Assembly: GCA_965248925.1 (NCBI GenBank)
Contig: CBDFLE010000006.1
Location: forward strand, 4,672,001-4,736,000
Direction: 5' to 3'
DNA from: Candidatus Multivoradales bacterium
Lineage (GTDB): Bacteria > Acidobacteriota > Thermoanaerobaculia > Multivoradales > J023
DNA: 64,000 bases
Part shown: piece after piece, positions 49,241 through 61,103 of the stretch
How positions within the stretch are numbered: the stretch's first letter is position 1
How the letters are laid out: each line of letters opens with the position of its first letter
Position numbers and translations under genes: made by a program
Notes under the pieces: model-generated
Told to the model about the DNA's origin: nothing
Database searches by the model: none
Seen by the model: only the letters and a program-made list of their open reading frames with translations

Positions 49241-50494
49241 ATGAAAAGCGAACGGGTGAAATTCCCGGGGAGCCTCGGCGCGAGCCTGGCGGCCCGGTTG
49301 CTGCTGCCGGAGTGTGAGCCTGGGGCCTGGGCGTTGTTCGCCCACTGCTTCACCTGCGGCAAGGACTTGAAGGGGGTCACTCGGATCGGCCGGGCGATGG
49401 TCGAACAGGGCTACGGCGTGCTGTTGTTCGATTTTACCGGCTTGGGTGAGAGCGCTGGCGATTTTGCCCAGACCAATTTTACCTCCAACCAGGCCGACCT
49501 GTTGGCCGCTGCCGACTTTTTGCGCCGCGAGTATCGCGGGCCGAGCCTGTTGGTGGGCCACAGCCTCGGTGGCTCTGCCGTATTGATGGTGGCGGCGCAG
49601 ATTCCGGAGGTGCGAGCGGTGGCCACCCTGGGTGCACCGAGCGACACCGAGCATCTGCGTGGCACTCTGCTGGCCGCGGCGCCGGAGCTGGTGGATACCG
49701 ACGAGGTTCAGGTGCAGCTCGCCGGCCGGCCCTTCAAGATTCGCCGCCAGCTGCTCGAAGACTTGGCAGGTCAAGAAGTGCTCAAGGCGGTCACCGCTCT
49801 GGGCCGGCCTTTGCTGGTGATGCATTCGCCGGTCGATGCGGTGGTGGGTATCGACAACGCGCGGCGCATCTTCCAGGCGGCGGTCCATCCCAAGAGCTTC
49901 GTCTCCCTCGACGATGCCGACCACCTGCTGCTCAGCAAGCCGGCCGACGCCGCTTATGTGGCCGCGTTGTTGGGCGCTTGGGCGGGCCGCTTCGTCGGTC
50001 TTGCCGACGGCGCCGAGTCAACCGAATCGGCTGCTGGCGCCGCCACCGCCGAGGCTACCGATGAGCCGCCGACAGGCGAGGTCTGGGTGCGGGGCGGCGC
50101 GCAGGGGTTCGAGCATCAGGTGCTGGCCGGTCATCACCGGCAGATTGCCGACGAGCCGCTCGATTTTGCTGGTACCGACCGCGGACCTGCACCCTACGAC
50201 TATCTGCTGGCTGCCCTCGGTGCTTGCACCGGGATGACGCTGCGTATGTATGCGGGACGTAAGAAGTGGCCGCTCACCGGCGTAGAGGTTCGCCTGCGAC
50301 ACTCGAAGATTCATGCCCAAGACTGTGCCGAGTGCGAGTCGGTCGGTGGCAAGGTCGACCTGATAGAACGCGAGATCGAACTGCGGGGTCCGCTCGACGA
50401 CGGTCAACGCCAGCGCTTGATGGAGATTGCCGACCGTTGTCCGGTACATCGCACTCTGACTAGCGAAACGATAGTGCGGAGTCGCCTGCTATGA
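49241..50494 (+). CDS. Bifunctional alpha/beta hydrolase-OsmC family protein
   Basis: FAHCFTCGKD, GHSLGG, HPKSFVSLDDADHLL; ALGACTGMTLRMYA, IADRCPVHRTL. Confidence 0.92.
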   Translation: MKSERVKFPGSLGASLAARLLLPECEPGAWALFAHCFTCGKDLKGVTRIGRAMVEQGYGVLLFDFTGLGESAGDFAQTNFTSNQADLLAAADFLRREYRGPSLLVGHSLGGSAVLMVAAQIPEVRAVATLGAPSDTEHLRGTLLAAAPELVDTDEVQVQLAGRPFKIRRQLLEDLAGQEVLKAVTALGRPLLVMHSPVDAVVGIDNARRIFQAAVHPKSFVSLDDADHLLLSKPADAAYVAALLGAWAGRFVGLADGAESTESAAGAATAEATDEPPTGEVWVRGGAQGFEHQVLAGHHRQIADEPLDFAGTDRGPAPYDYLLAALGACTGMTLRMYAGRKKWPLTGVEVRLRHSKIHAQDCAECESVGGKVDLIEREIELRGPLDDGQRQRLMEIADRCPVHRTLTSETIVRSRLL

Positions 50495-51876
50495 GCCCTC
50501 GGGGCCCAGGCAACCGTTCCGCCGGTGGTTCGCGAGGCAGTCGATCGCCGTGGGGAAAACTAGACCCACGGGAAGTGGTCGACTCCGAGCCGCTCGCCGA
50601 CGACGCTCCGCCGCCACGGATCTTGGCCCGGCCCGACCACAGTGTGTCGCGCAAGCTGGTCGACCCGAATGCGCTGAAAGTGCTCCGTCGGTTGCACAGC
50701 CAAGGCTTCAAGGGCTATTTGGTGGGGGGCAGTGTCCGCGATCTAATGCTGGGTCGCAAGCCCAAGGATTTTGATGTCTCGACCGACGCTCAGCCCAACC
50801 AGATCCGCCGCTTGTTTCGCAATGCACGCATCATCGGCCGCCGTTTCCGCTTGGCCCACATCCTCTTCGCCGACAGCATGGTCGAGGTCGCCACTTTTCG
50901 CCGGGTGCCTGACCCGAAGCAGCAGAAGGGTGGCCCGGACGATCTGCTGATCACCAGCGACAACACCTTTGGCACGCCGCGCGAGGATGCCTTTCGCCGC
51001 GATTTCACCGTCAATGGCCTGTTTTATGACATCGCCGATTTCTCGGTGATCGACTACGTCGGTGGGATCGAGGATCTACAGCAGCAGCTGATCCGGGTTA
51101 TTGGTGTTCCTGAGGTGCGCTTTCGCGAGGACCCGGTGCGCATGTTGCGTGCTTGCGAATTCGCCGGCCGGCTTAGTTTCGGCATCGAACGAAGAACCCA
51201 GGAGGGTATCTACGCTTCGCGCCGAGAGTTGCTCAAGGCAGCCAAGCCGCGCCTGACCGAAGAACTCTTACAGCTGCTCAAGAGTGCTCATTCCGGGGCC
51301 ACCATGCAGTGGTTGCTCGAACTTGGTTTGCTCGAAGTGCTGCTGCCCGAGGTGCTGTCGATGTTGCAGGCCTTGGAGCAGGGCGCCGGTGACTTCAACG
51401 GTATCTTGCCACTGCTCGATCGTTACGCCAGCGATGGCCGGGTGCTGCCTGACGAAGTGTTGCTGGGCGCGCTCTTGCTACCGCATCTGATGCTGGGGCG
51501 TTTTGTTGCCGAGAGTCGTAGCGGTTGTTTTATGCCGGCGGCGGACTTCAGCGAGTTAGTAGCCGACACGCTCGAGGATTTTTCCGGCCGCTTCTCACTG
51601 CCCAACCTCAAGCGCACCCATTTGCAGCAAGCGTTGGAGGGCTTGCACCGCTTGTGCAGTCAACGGTGGAGCTCGGGGCAGCGGCTGCGCTTTGCTGGCA
51701 GGAGCTTCTTCGACTTTTCATTGGCTCTGTTCACGATTCTGGTCGAGGCCACTGGTGAGGGCGAAGAGGAGCTGGAGCTGTGGCGCCAAGCGGCCCGCCA
51801 GCGCCCGCGTCGCCCACCGCCGCCGACCCGCCCGCGCCGCCGTAGTCGGGGGCGGCGCCGTCCACCGCGCCGGTAA
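50491..51876 (+). CDS. pcnB: Poly(A) polymerase I
   Basis: VGGSVRD...PKDFD, PAP-specific IIGRRFRLAHI, RRDFTVN, EDPVRMLRA; Arg-rich tail. Confidence 0.9.
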   Translation: MSPRGPGNRSAGGSRGSRSPWGKLDPREVVDSEPLADDAPPPRILARPDHSVSRKLVDPNALKVLRRLHSQGFKGYLVGGSVRDLMLGRKPKDFDVSTDAQPNQIRRLFRNARIIGRRFRLAHILFADSMVEVATFRRVPDPKQQKGGPDDLLITSDNTFGTPREDAFRRDFTVNGLFYDIADFSVIDYVGGIEDLQQQLIRVIGVPEVRFREDPVRMLRACEFAGRLSFGIERRTQEGIYASRRELLKAAKPRLTEELLQLLKSAHSGATMQWLLELGLLEVLLPEVLSMLQALEQGAGDFNGILPLLDRYASDGRVLPDEVLLGALLLPHLMLGRFVAESRSGCFMPAADFSELVADTLEDFSGRFSLPNLKRTHLQQALEGLHRLCSQRWSSGQRLRFAGRSFFDFSLALFTILVEATGEGEEELELWRQAARQRPRRPPPPTRPRRRSRGRRRPPRR

Positions 51877-52081
51877 TGCACGCCAGAGCGATTTCAGGTC
51901 TTGCTCGAACCGGGTCAACATCCTTGGGTGGGCGGCGGGGGTAGCTGTATGATGTGGCCACTGCCAGTCAGCACCGTGAGTTTTCCTTGCCGCCTAGACC
52001 ACGGTGGTAACACCGTCTTGTAGAGGACAGTCGTTTGTTGAAAACACCGTCGCCAACGCTCGCTGCCGAGAGGTCATTTGG

Positions 52082-52774
52082 ATGTCCTACTTTGTAGAGT
52101 TCTTCCGTTCGCCGATGGGCAAGAAGGCCGTCATGGCGGTGACCGGAATCATGCTCTTCGGCTTCGTTTTCACCCACATGCTGGGCAATCTGAAGCTCTA
52201 CATGGGTCCCGAGGCCCTCGATGCCTACGCCGAAGGTCTACGCCACTTGGGCAAACCGATCTTCGCCGAAAATCAAGTGCTATGGCTGATGCGCAGTGGC
52301 TTGATCGCCGCGGTGGTGCTGCATATCTTGTCGGCTTACCAGGTCACTCAGCTGAGTCGCCGAGCACGGCCCGAGGCTTACGCCAAGCTGCGGCTGCAAA
52401 AGGCCACCTACGCCTCGCGGACGATGCGCTGGGGCGGGGTGATCATCTTGCTGTTCATTGTTTACCACCTGCTGCAGCTGACCTTCGGCTTTGCCCACTC
52501 GGACTATCCCGACTTCGATCGCCACCAGGTTTACCACAACGTCGTAGCGGCGTTCTCGAACCCTTGGGTGGTGGCTTTCTACATCCTCGCCCAAGTGGCC
52601 TTGGGATTGCACCTGCGGCACGGCATGTGGAGCTTGTTCCAATCGCTGGGGATCAGCGGTGGCAAATTCGACGTTCTTCGCCAGCGCTTTGCCACCGGCT
52701 TCGCGCTGGTCATTTCGTTGGTCAATATCTCGTTTCCGATCGCCGTCTTAAGCGGCTTTGTCGGAGGAGCCTGA
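52082..52774 (+). CDS. sdhC: Succinate dehydrogenase/fumarate reductase cytochrome b558 subunit
   Basis: [39 protein letters not shown]. Confidence 0.92.
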   Translation: MSYFVEFFRSPMGKKAVMAVTGIMLFGFVFTHMLGNLKLYMGPEALDAYAEGLRHLGKPIFAENQVLWLMRSGLIAAVVLHILSAYQVTQLSRRARPEAYAKLRLQKATYASRTMRWGGVIILLFIVYHLLQLTFGFAHSDYPDFDRHQVYHNVVAAFSNPWVVAFYILAQVALGLHLRHGMWSLFQSLGISGGKFDVLRQRFATGFALVISLVNISFPIAVLSGFVGGA

Positions 52775-52775
52775 G

Positions 52776-54688
<1,913 letters not shown>

Positions 54689-54689
<1 letters not shown>

Positions 54690-55447
54690 TGAACCTCAAG
54701 CTTCACGTATGGCGCCAACCCGGACCTGGAGCGGCGGGCAAAATGGTGGTTTACGAGGCTAACGATGTTAGCCCGGACATGTCCTTCTTGGAGATGCTTG
54801 ACGTCACCAATGAGCAGATGATTGCCCGTGGTGAAGAGCCCATCGTTTTCGACCACGATTGTCGCGAAGGCATCTGCGGTGCATGCAGCATGATGATCAA
54901 CGGTGTCGCCCACGGTCCTGAATCCGGTACCACCGCTTGCCAGCTGCACATGCGGCATTTCAATGACGGTGATGAGATCTACATCGAGCCCTGGCGCGCC
55001 GCGGCCTTCCCGGTGCTCAAAGACCTGATGGTGGATCGTTCGTCGATGGACCGGATCATCGAAGCCGGCGGTTACGTCTCGATCGGCACCGGCTCGGCCC
55101 CCGATGCCAACGAAATCCCAGTACCCAAGCAAGCTGCCGACCTGGCCTTCGAGGCGGCGGCCTGCATCGGCTGCGGCGCCTGCGTGGCCCAATGCCCCAA
55201 CGGCGCCGCCCAACTGTTCACCGCCGCCAAAGTCTCCCACCTTGGCTTGCTGCCCCAAGGTCAGCCCGAGCGCTGGCAGCGGGCCACCGACATGGTGGCG
55301 CAGATGGAAGCCGAAGCCTTCGGCAGTTGCACCAACCACCAAGAATGCGAAGCGGTCTGCCCCAAGGAGATCTCGGTGAGCTACATCGCAAGGATGAACC
55401 GCGATTTTCTCACCGCCAAATTCAAGGGTGTCAAGACCTCGGGTTGA
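54689..55447 (+). CDS. sdhB: Succinate dehydrogenase/fumarate reductase Fe-S subunit
   Basis: [33 protein letters not shown]. Confidence 0.96.
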
Positions 55448-55710
55448 AGAGGCTGGACTGATGGCCGATTTGGTTCGAAGCGATCGGCATCCGCGGAAGA
55501 GGCTCCGGTCCAGTGAAGGGAGCAGAGAGGCGGAGCCTCCAGCTGGTGGCGCAAATGGAAACAAGGGCGTTAAGACTCTGGCTAGAGCCGGGTGAGCAGG
55601 GACTAGGGTGCCTCGCTCAGAAGGTCACTCTCTTTTGGTTCCTTTCTGCTGCTGGTCAATTATCCGGGTCTGGCATGGGTCTGGATCCCGGCCACAAAGG
55701 TCACTCAGGA

Positions 55711-55739
55711 TTGACACCAGGCGCCTGGTAGCCTAGTCT
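55711..55739 (+). promoter_or_regulatory. Sigma70 promoter with palindromic operator for the relE-type locus
   Basis: TTGACA-17bp-TAGTCT with ACCAGGCGCCTGGT palindrome in the spacer. Confidence 0.7.
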
Positions 55740-55764
55740 ACTGACTGGCAGAAAGGAGCGTGTG

Positions 55765-56004
55765 ATGGCGACGGCAACCGTGAGAATCCCGGCGGAAAAA
55801 AGAGATATCCTGCGGATTATCGCCGGGATCGAGAAGACCGAGATGAAGGAGATCCTCTCCGGGCTTATCGACGAGTACATCGGGCGGCATCAGGAAACGC
55901 TGGACCTTCTTTCCCGACCCGAGTGGGTCGACATCATCGCTCGCGGCAAGCAAGAGGTGGACCACGGCATCAAGGGCAAAAGGCTCGATGAGCTGGCGGA
56001 TTGA
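55765..56004 (+). CDS. Antitoxin (RHH-like)
   Basis: Small ORF after AAAGGAG; acidic C-terminus; overlaps the RelE-like gene. Confidence 0.72.
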   Translation: MATATVRIPAEKRDILRIIAGIEKTEMKEILSGLIDEYIGRHQETLDLLSRPEWVDIIARGKQEVDHGIKGKRLDELAD

Positions 56005-56254
56005 GGTCAAGCCGTCCGCCGAGAAGCAATACCTCAGGCTCGACAGAATCACTCGCCGACGGATCAAGGAAACCTTGCACGAGCTCGAAAACGCCGAGCT
56101 GCCGCTGTTTCACCCGCGGCTGCGGCCCCTGACGGGAAAACTCAAAGGGGACTACAGGGTCAGGATCGGGGGCTGGCGAGTCCTCCTGACACCTGATCGG
56201 GAGTCCGGGGTGCTCCAGGTCTACGCCGTCCTTCCCCGTGGCGGTGCGTACTGA
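55988..56254 (+). CDS. RelE/ParE family toxin
   Basis: WRIEVKPSAEKQY...PLTGKLKGDYRVRIGGWRVL...PRGGAY. Confidence 0.88.
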   Translation: MSWRIEVKPSAEKQYLRLDRITRRRIKETLHELENAELPLFHPRLRPLTGKLKGDYRVRIGGWRVLLTPDRESGVLQVYAVLPRGGAY

Positions 56255-56310
56255 TCGGCCCTGATGACGTCTGAGCCGACGCCCGACCGGCCCGAGTCTG
56301 ATCTTGGCGA

Positions 56311-57759
56311 TCACTCCCAGGGGTCTGGAAGGGCCAGCTCCGCTTGCCGCCAGCGCCAGGCGTCCCAGCCGATCAACCCCCAGATCAGGCCATGTTCCAA
56401 GATCAACCACCAGGCCCTCTCGACACCATCGATGTAGATCAGATATGACAGCAGCGCCAGACCGGTGGCGAGGGGCCAGGCGCGAGCGCCGCTTGCCACG
56501 GCGAAGGGTAGGGCCCAAAGTAGGTACCAGGGCATCACCGTGGGGCCGAGCAGGAGGAAGGCGGCGAGCAGGAGGTAGATCTGCCGCGGCCATCGATCCT
56601 CAGCAACGCGGCGGCGGAGTAGCCACAGCAAGATCAGTAGGGTCGAGACCAGCCACAGGGCGCTGGCCCAGCCGGCACCGCGCCCCGGCAGCCAACGTTC
56701 GAAGATGTTCTGGGCCAGCAACCAGATGCCTGGATTGAAAGTCCAACCAGCACCGAAGTCGCTCAGGGCCTGCAAGATTTGCCGCCAGCTGGCGATGAAA
56801 GGCAGGTAGCCGAGAGCCACGGTGAGCGCCAGCACTGGCCATTGCCGCGGCCGGCAGCGGCGCAGGAAGAGGCCGGCCAGCACGATGGGTGTGAGCTTGG
56901 CCAACACGCTGAGGCCAAAGACCGCCAAGGCCAGCTTGCGGCGTCCGCCGTGCATCGCCAACACCGCCGCCAGCAACAGAGGAATAACCAATGCGTCGAC
57001 GTGGCCGGAGCCGGCGAGTTCTTTGATCAACAACGGATTCCAGGCGTAGAAGATCACCTCTTCCGGCCTTCTCCCGAGACGTAGTAGCAGCAGATAGAGC
57101 AGCCAGCAGGCGATCAGGTCGAGCACTACCAGGGCGCTCTTGAACAGCAAGACGCTGCCCGGGGCCAAGCGGTGGCAGGCGGCGAAGAATGCTTGCGCTA
57201 GCGGTGGGTAGACCGTCAAGTTCTCGCGATAGGCGAGGTTTTCGAAGATCTCTGACCATGGTGGATCGACGAACAGCTCAGCAGCGGCGGTATCGTTAGT
57301 GAAGCTGAGGTCTTCCCATTCCTCCGGCGTGTGGCGGTAAGGATCGACGCCCGAACTCAGCAGGTGGCCGTCCCACAAGTAGCGCCAGATGTCCTGGTCA
57401 TAAAGTAGAAAGCGTTGGTAGCCGATCCCTTGCGAGCTGAGGTCGGTGAGCGTTGCCGCGCGGCGATCATCAGGCAGCAGGCCGGCGGGTAAGAGTAGCA
57501 AGCGAAACAAGGCGGCGGCCGCAAAGATGCCGCCTAGCACCCAGCGATTTCCAGTCGGTAAGCGGCGAGACCAGGTGCCGGCCAGCAGATAGAGCCCGAA
57601 GAGCAGCCCAAATATAGCCAGAAACGAGCCCACATCTCGGCCCCCATTCCAGCCTCGCAGGCCGCGGGATGCCAGCGCAAAACCTGCTGCCATCAAGACT
57701 CCGATGGCCACCACGAGGCGGCTGGCGGCGGTCTTAGAGCACGAGTGGAGTAGGTGCAT
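56311..57759 (-). CDS. GT-C membrane glycosyltransferase (GT87/DUF2029-like)
   Basis: DIWRYLWDG...GVDPY, TVYPPLAQ, YAWNPL...GHVD, PTVMPWY; start uncertain. Confidence 0.82.
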   Translation of the reverse strand: MHLLHSCSKTAASRLVVAIGVLMAAGFALASRGLRGWNGGRDVGSFLAIFGLLFGLYLLAGTWSRRLPTGNRWVLGGIFAAAALFRLLLLPAGLLPDDRRAATLTDLSSQGIGYQRFLLYDQDIWRYLWDGHLLSSGVDPYRHTPEEWEDLSFTNDTAAAELFVDPPWSEIFENLAYRENLTVYPPLAQAFFAACHRLAPGSVLLFKSALVVLDLIACWLLYLLLLRLGRRPEEVIFYAWNPLLIKELAGSGHVDALVIPLLLAAVLAMHGGRRKLALAVFGLSVLAKLTPIVLAGLFLRRCRPRQWPVLALTVALGYLPFIASWRQILQALSDFGAGWTFNPGIWLLAQNIFERWLPGRGAGWASALWLVSTLLILLWLLRRRVAEDRWPRQIYLLLAAFLLLGPTVMPWYLLWALPFAVASGARAWPLATGLALLSYLIYIDGVERAWWLILEHGLIWGLIGWDAWRWRQAELALPDPWE

Positions 57760-57914
57760 GGCAAGTGGGGCTACAGAGGTCGCAAGCAGCAGCGGATTGC
57801 GCCAGATTAAAACTACCGGGCAGCCTACCGCGTAGTTAGCCATGGAGCGACCCGCCAATCTTAGCCCGCGGTGCGAGCCGCATCGAAGACGACCCACTCA
57901 AAGGAACTTTCACC

Positions 57915-58301
57915 ATGCGACGTTTGACTCTGCTGATCGCCTGTCTCGCCCTCATTCTGCCAACCGCCGCTGCCCTTGCCTCAGGTAGCTCTGGGGCTGG
58001 CATTCCCCGAAGTTCGGGCGGCGAGCAGCCCTTCTCAGTTACCAAGCAGCTCAAGTGCACGATCATCGAAGTTCAGGCCAACAACCTGATCAAAGTGCGC
58101 GACGACCGGAGCGGCAAAGAGAGCCTGATTCAGCTCTCCGAGCAGATTCCGCTAAAAGCTCAGAACAAGAAGCAGTTTGGCGGTCGCAAGAACTTGCAAG
58201 CCAGCGATCTAGTAGAGGGTCACCGGATCCTGGTCACCAAGCGCACCGACGCCGAAGTGATCGTGCGCATCAAAGTGCTCAAGGACAAGGCCAAGGCCTG
58301 A
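57915..58301 (+). CDS. Hypothetical secreted basic protein
   Basis: AAAGGA RBS, signal peptide, short beta-rich domain. Confidence 0.7.
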   Translation: MRRLTLLIACLALILPTAAALASGSSGAGIPRSSGGEQPFSVTKQLKCTIIEVQANNLIKVRDDRSGKESLIQLSEQIPLKAQNKKQFGGRKNLQASDLVEGHRILVTKRTDAEVIVRIKVLKDKAKA

Positions 58302-59557
58302 GCCGCTCAGGGGCGGTGAGATCGAGTTTCTCGGTGAACACTCCGCCCCAAGGATCGATCGCTTCGACGGTTACTTCGCTGGCGCCTGGCCGCGGAGCGG
58401 CGTAGAACAAATGATCGGTGTCGAGGGGCTCGACCCAGCTGGCGTTGCCTAGCGGCCGGGTGGGGCCTTCGTAGAGTGAGACGGTGAGTGGGTCGCGGCC
58501 TCGGCGGCGGCTCATTTCGCCGCGGCGTTCGCCGTCTTCGTACCAGTAGACTTGCCAGCTGGGATGCCAGTTCCAGACGTTGGCGATGATCTCGTCGGGA
58601 TTCTGCGGCTCGCTGCCGGGGCGGTAGAGGCGCAGCTGTTTGTCGGCCGCCAGGCCGGAGGCTTTGAAGCGCCACGACAGCTGTTCGCCCCGCACTTCGT
58701 ACACATGGTAGCCCTTGGGGGTGCCGTCCCAACACACTGGTCCTGTCCACCAGGCGCCGCAGGCGGTGGCCAGCACGTGCTCGTGGCAGCCGGCGTGCAG
58801 AATGTGCTCGTTCTCGTGGGTGTGGGCAGTGAGCAGATGGGCGGAGTAGGGCTCGAGCAACTCGTAGAGGCGGTCACGATTGGCGACCCGCGATTGATTG
58901 CGTTTGAATCCTGGTAGCCGGTCGGTGATCGTGCTGGCGAAGGGAATGTGCGCGAACACCACCACCTTGGAGCCGCCCTCTACCGCTTTGAGGTCGGCCG
59001 CCAGCCAATCGAGCTGCGGGTCGTCGAGGTAACCGACGTAGCCGTTGCCAATCCAGAAGACGTTGTCGAGCACCACGTAGTGCACCGCGCCGTGGTTGAA
59101 GGAGTAGTAGGTGGGCCCGAAGGCGGCTTCGAATTTGCGGCTGTCGCGCACCGCGCCGGCCGCTTCGTCGAGGTCGTGGTTGCCGATCAGCTGGAAGAAG
59201 GGCACGCCGGCAAAGGCCATCGAAGTCGAGGGGTCGGTGAATCCCCGAGGTGCTGGTGTTGGAGAGGGGTATGCGGCAGCCCCGCGGCAGGCAGACGAAG
59301 GCGAAACGTGCCTGCCGGTCACTGGCCAGCTCGAAATTACCTTCGCTGTCGGTCGCCACGGTCGACAGGCCGTCGGAGATGATGACTTTAGCTAGCCCTT
59401 GGCCGTAGAGAGTGACCCGGCCGCGAATCCTCGCCGGGCGTAGCGCTCAGCCGGCGGTGCCATGTAAGGCGGACGCGGCGCAGATGCTGAGGAAGTGGCG
59501 TCGGCTTACAGCAGATCCGCCGCTTTGCGGTGGAGTGGTGGATGATCTGCGGCTCAT
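58279..59557 (-). pseudogene. Tat-exported calcineurin-like metallophosphoesterase pseudogene
   Basis: SRRHFL Tat motif, in-frame TGA at 59447-59449, ISDGLSTVATDSEG N-domain, then frame jump to IGNHD...HIP...AHTH...CGAWW...DGTPKGY; the first metal-binding motifs are missing. Confidence 0.8.
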
Positions 59558-59621
59558 CGGGGCACCTTCTTTCAGAATCGACTGTCTTGACAAGGTTTGA
59601 GGTCTAGAGGGAGACTACTGT

Positions 59622-59855
59622 ATGCCGAATGACGACGACAGATCCGTTGAACCGATCGCCTGGGCCAGTGAGCGATTGCCGGCGCGACGGCAGGCTACCG
59701 ACGAGCTGGCCGCCCAATGGCTGTTCGAGGGTCTGCGAGTCGCTGTCTGCCAGCATCTCGAGCCGCAGTCGGCGCTACAGTTCGATGCTGCCTGGCAGGC
59801 TCGGGTCGACCCCTCTCGAGGTCTCGCGATTCCCGCTTTAACCCAAAACCACTGA
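59622..59855 (+). pseudogene. N-terminal fragment resembling adenosylhomocysteinase
   Basis: IAWASERLP...FEGLRVAVCQHLEPQSA resembles the AhcY start (I.WA...MP...L.G.RI..CLHLE.KTA); then breaks off. Confidence 0.55.
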
Positions 59856-59863
59856 TCGTTGCC

Positions 59864-60343
59864 ATGTCAGAGAAGCCAAAGAAAGCAGGTCCGATCGGCC
59901 GGACGCTGCGGCTGATCGTCGCCATTTGGCTGGTGGTCATCGACATCCCCGTGCTGGTCAAAGCCGGCAGCGGCTACAACCTTCGCATGCTCGGCTTGGT
60001 GATCGCTCTGACCCTCTTCTACATGTTTCTGCACTGGATGGTTTCCCGGCATCTGCGAAACCTCGACGGCAGGTTGGGAGCGATTCTCGCTGTCACACCG
60101 GTGTTTCTGCTTTGGTTCTACGGCCAGGGAGGAGGACTCCTGTTTGGCCAAGGGGAGGGGGGTACGGCTGCCATCACCTACCTTGCCCTGTCATTCCTGA
60201 TCGACGTCGTAAGGTCGGACTCCGGCTGTGAAGTGATGGCAATTCCCGGCCTTATCCTCGGCGAGCGCACCCACCTCGACTGCATCGTTTTTTGCCCGGT
60301 CGACATCCTGGAAGAGAGGCCAAGCAGGGGCGAGGATCGGTGA
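59864..60343 (+). CDS. Hypothetical membrane protein with conserved-looking Cys motifs
   Basis: GPIGRTLRL, about four TM helices, SGCEVMAIP...CIVFCPVD. Confidence 0.7.
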   Translation: MSEKPKKAGPIGRTLRLIVAIWLVVIDIPVLVKAGSGYNLRMLGLVIALTLFYMFLHWMVSRHLRNLDGRLGAILAVTPVFLLWFYGQGGGLLFGQGEGGTAAITYLALSFLIDVVRSDSGCEVMAIPGLILGERTHLDCIVFCPVDILEERPSRGEDR

Positions 60344-60400
60344 GATGGGCTAGGGCTAGGTGGGTGCCGGGCGACTCGGGGAAAGTCAACCAAAGACGCG

Positions 60401-60695
60401 GACCTCGCTTTCGAAGCGGCGGCCGACATCAGCTGCAGTGCTTGCTTGGTGCAGGGTCCCAACAACGCCGCCCAGCTGTTCACCGCGGCCGAAGCCGCGT
60501 ACCTCGGCCTGCTGCCCCAAGGTCAGCCCGAGCCCTTGCGGCGGGTTACCGACACGGTGGCGGAGATGGAAGAGCAGGCCTTCGGCAGCTACACCAAGCA
60601 CCAAGATTGCGAGGCGCTGTGCCCCTGGGCATCCCGGTGACCTTCATCGCCCGGCTCAACCGGCCAAGCTCAAAGGGGTCAAGAACTCCGGCTGA
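60401..60695 (+). pseudogene. Degenerate copy of the sdhB 3' end
   Basis: [30 protein letters not shown]...[10 protein letters not shown]...FGSYTKHQDCEALCP / VTFIARLNR / KGVKNSG*; matches 55139..55447. Confidence 0.93.
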
Positions 60696-61103
60696 AGCCC
60701 CGGAGTGACCGTGGTGGTGCGGAGCAGAGCATTCCTACCACGGCCGCTCAACGGCTCTGTTCTGGTTGCGGCGGCTTCTGTACTAGGAGGCGACTTAGCA
60801 GCGCAGGTCGAGGCCATCTGCTCGAGAATCTGCAGCCGCAATGGTCCGGTTGAGCGGTCGTTCTCGCGTTTAAGTTCAGAGAGTGACTCTCTCGGAAGGT
60901 CTGACCAAGGGCTCTGAGACTGAGGTGGCTGCAGGCTTGGAACCTGATGCCACAGCCGTAGCCGTCGATGGCAACGCCTATCGGTTGCCCGGCGTCGGGT
61001 AGGCGGGAAGAGCACCCGCAGGCGGCCGCGGCGTCGCGTTGGCGGAACGCGACAGGGTTCGAGAGGGACGCTGACTTGAGAAATGAGAATCAAGGAGGTA
61101 CCG

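Noticed and set aside
59447-59449. Second selenocysteine candidate (in-frame TGA)
   Set aside because: Falls in the signal/linker region of a gene that also has an internal deletion; no Cys-motif context
60700-61080. Short ORFs between the sdhB remnant and the secreted protein (likewise 55450-55700)
   Set aside because: No RBS, motif or coding pattern I could support
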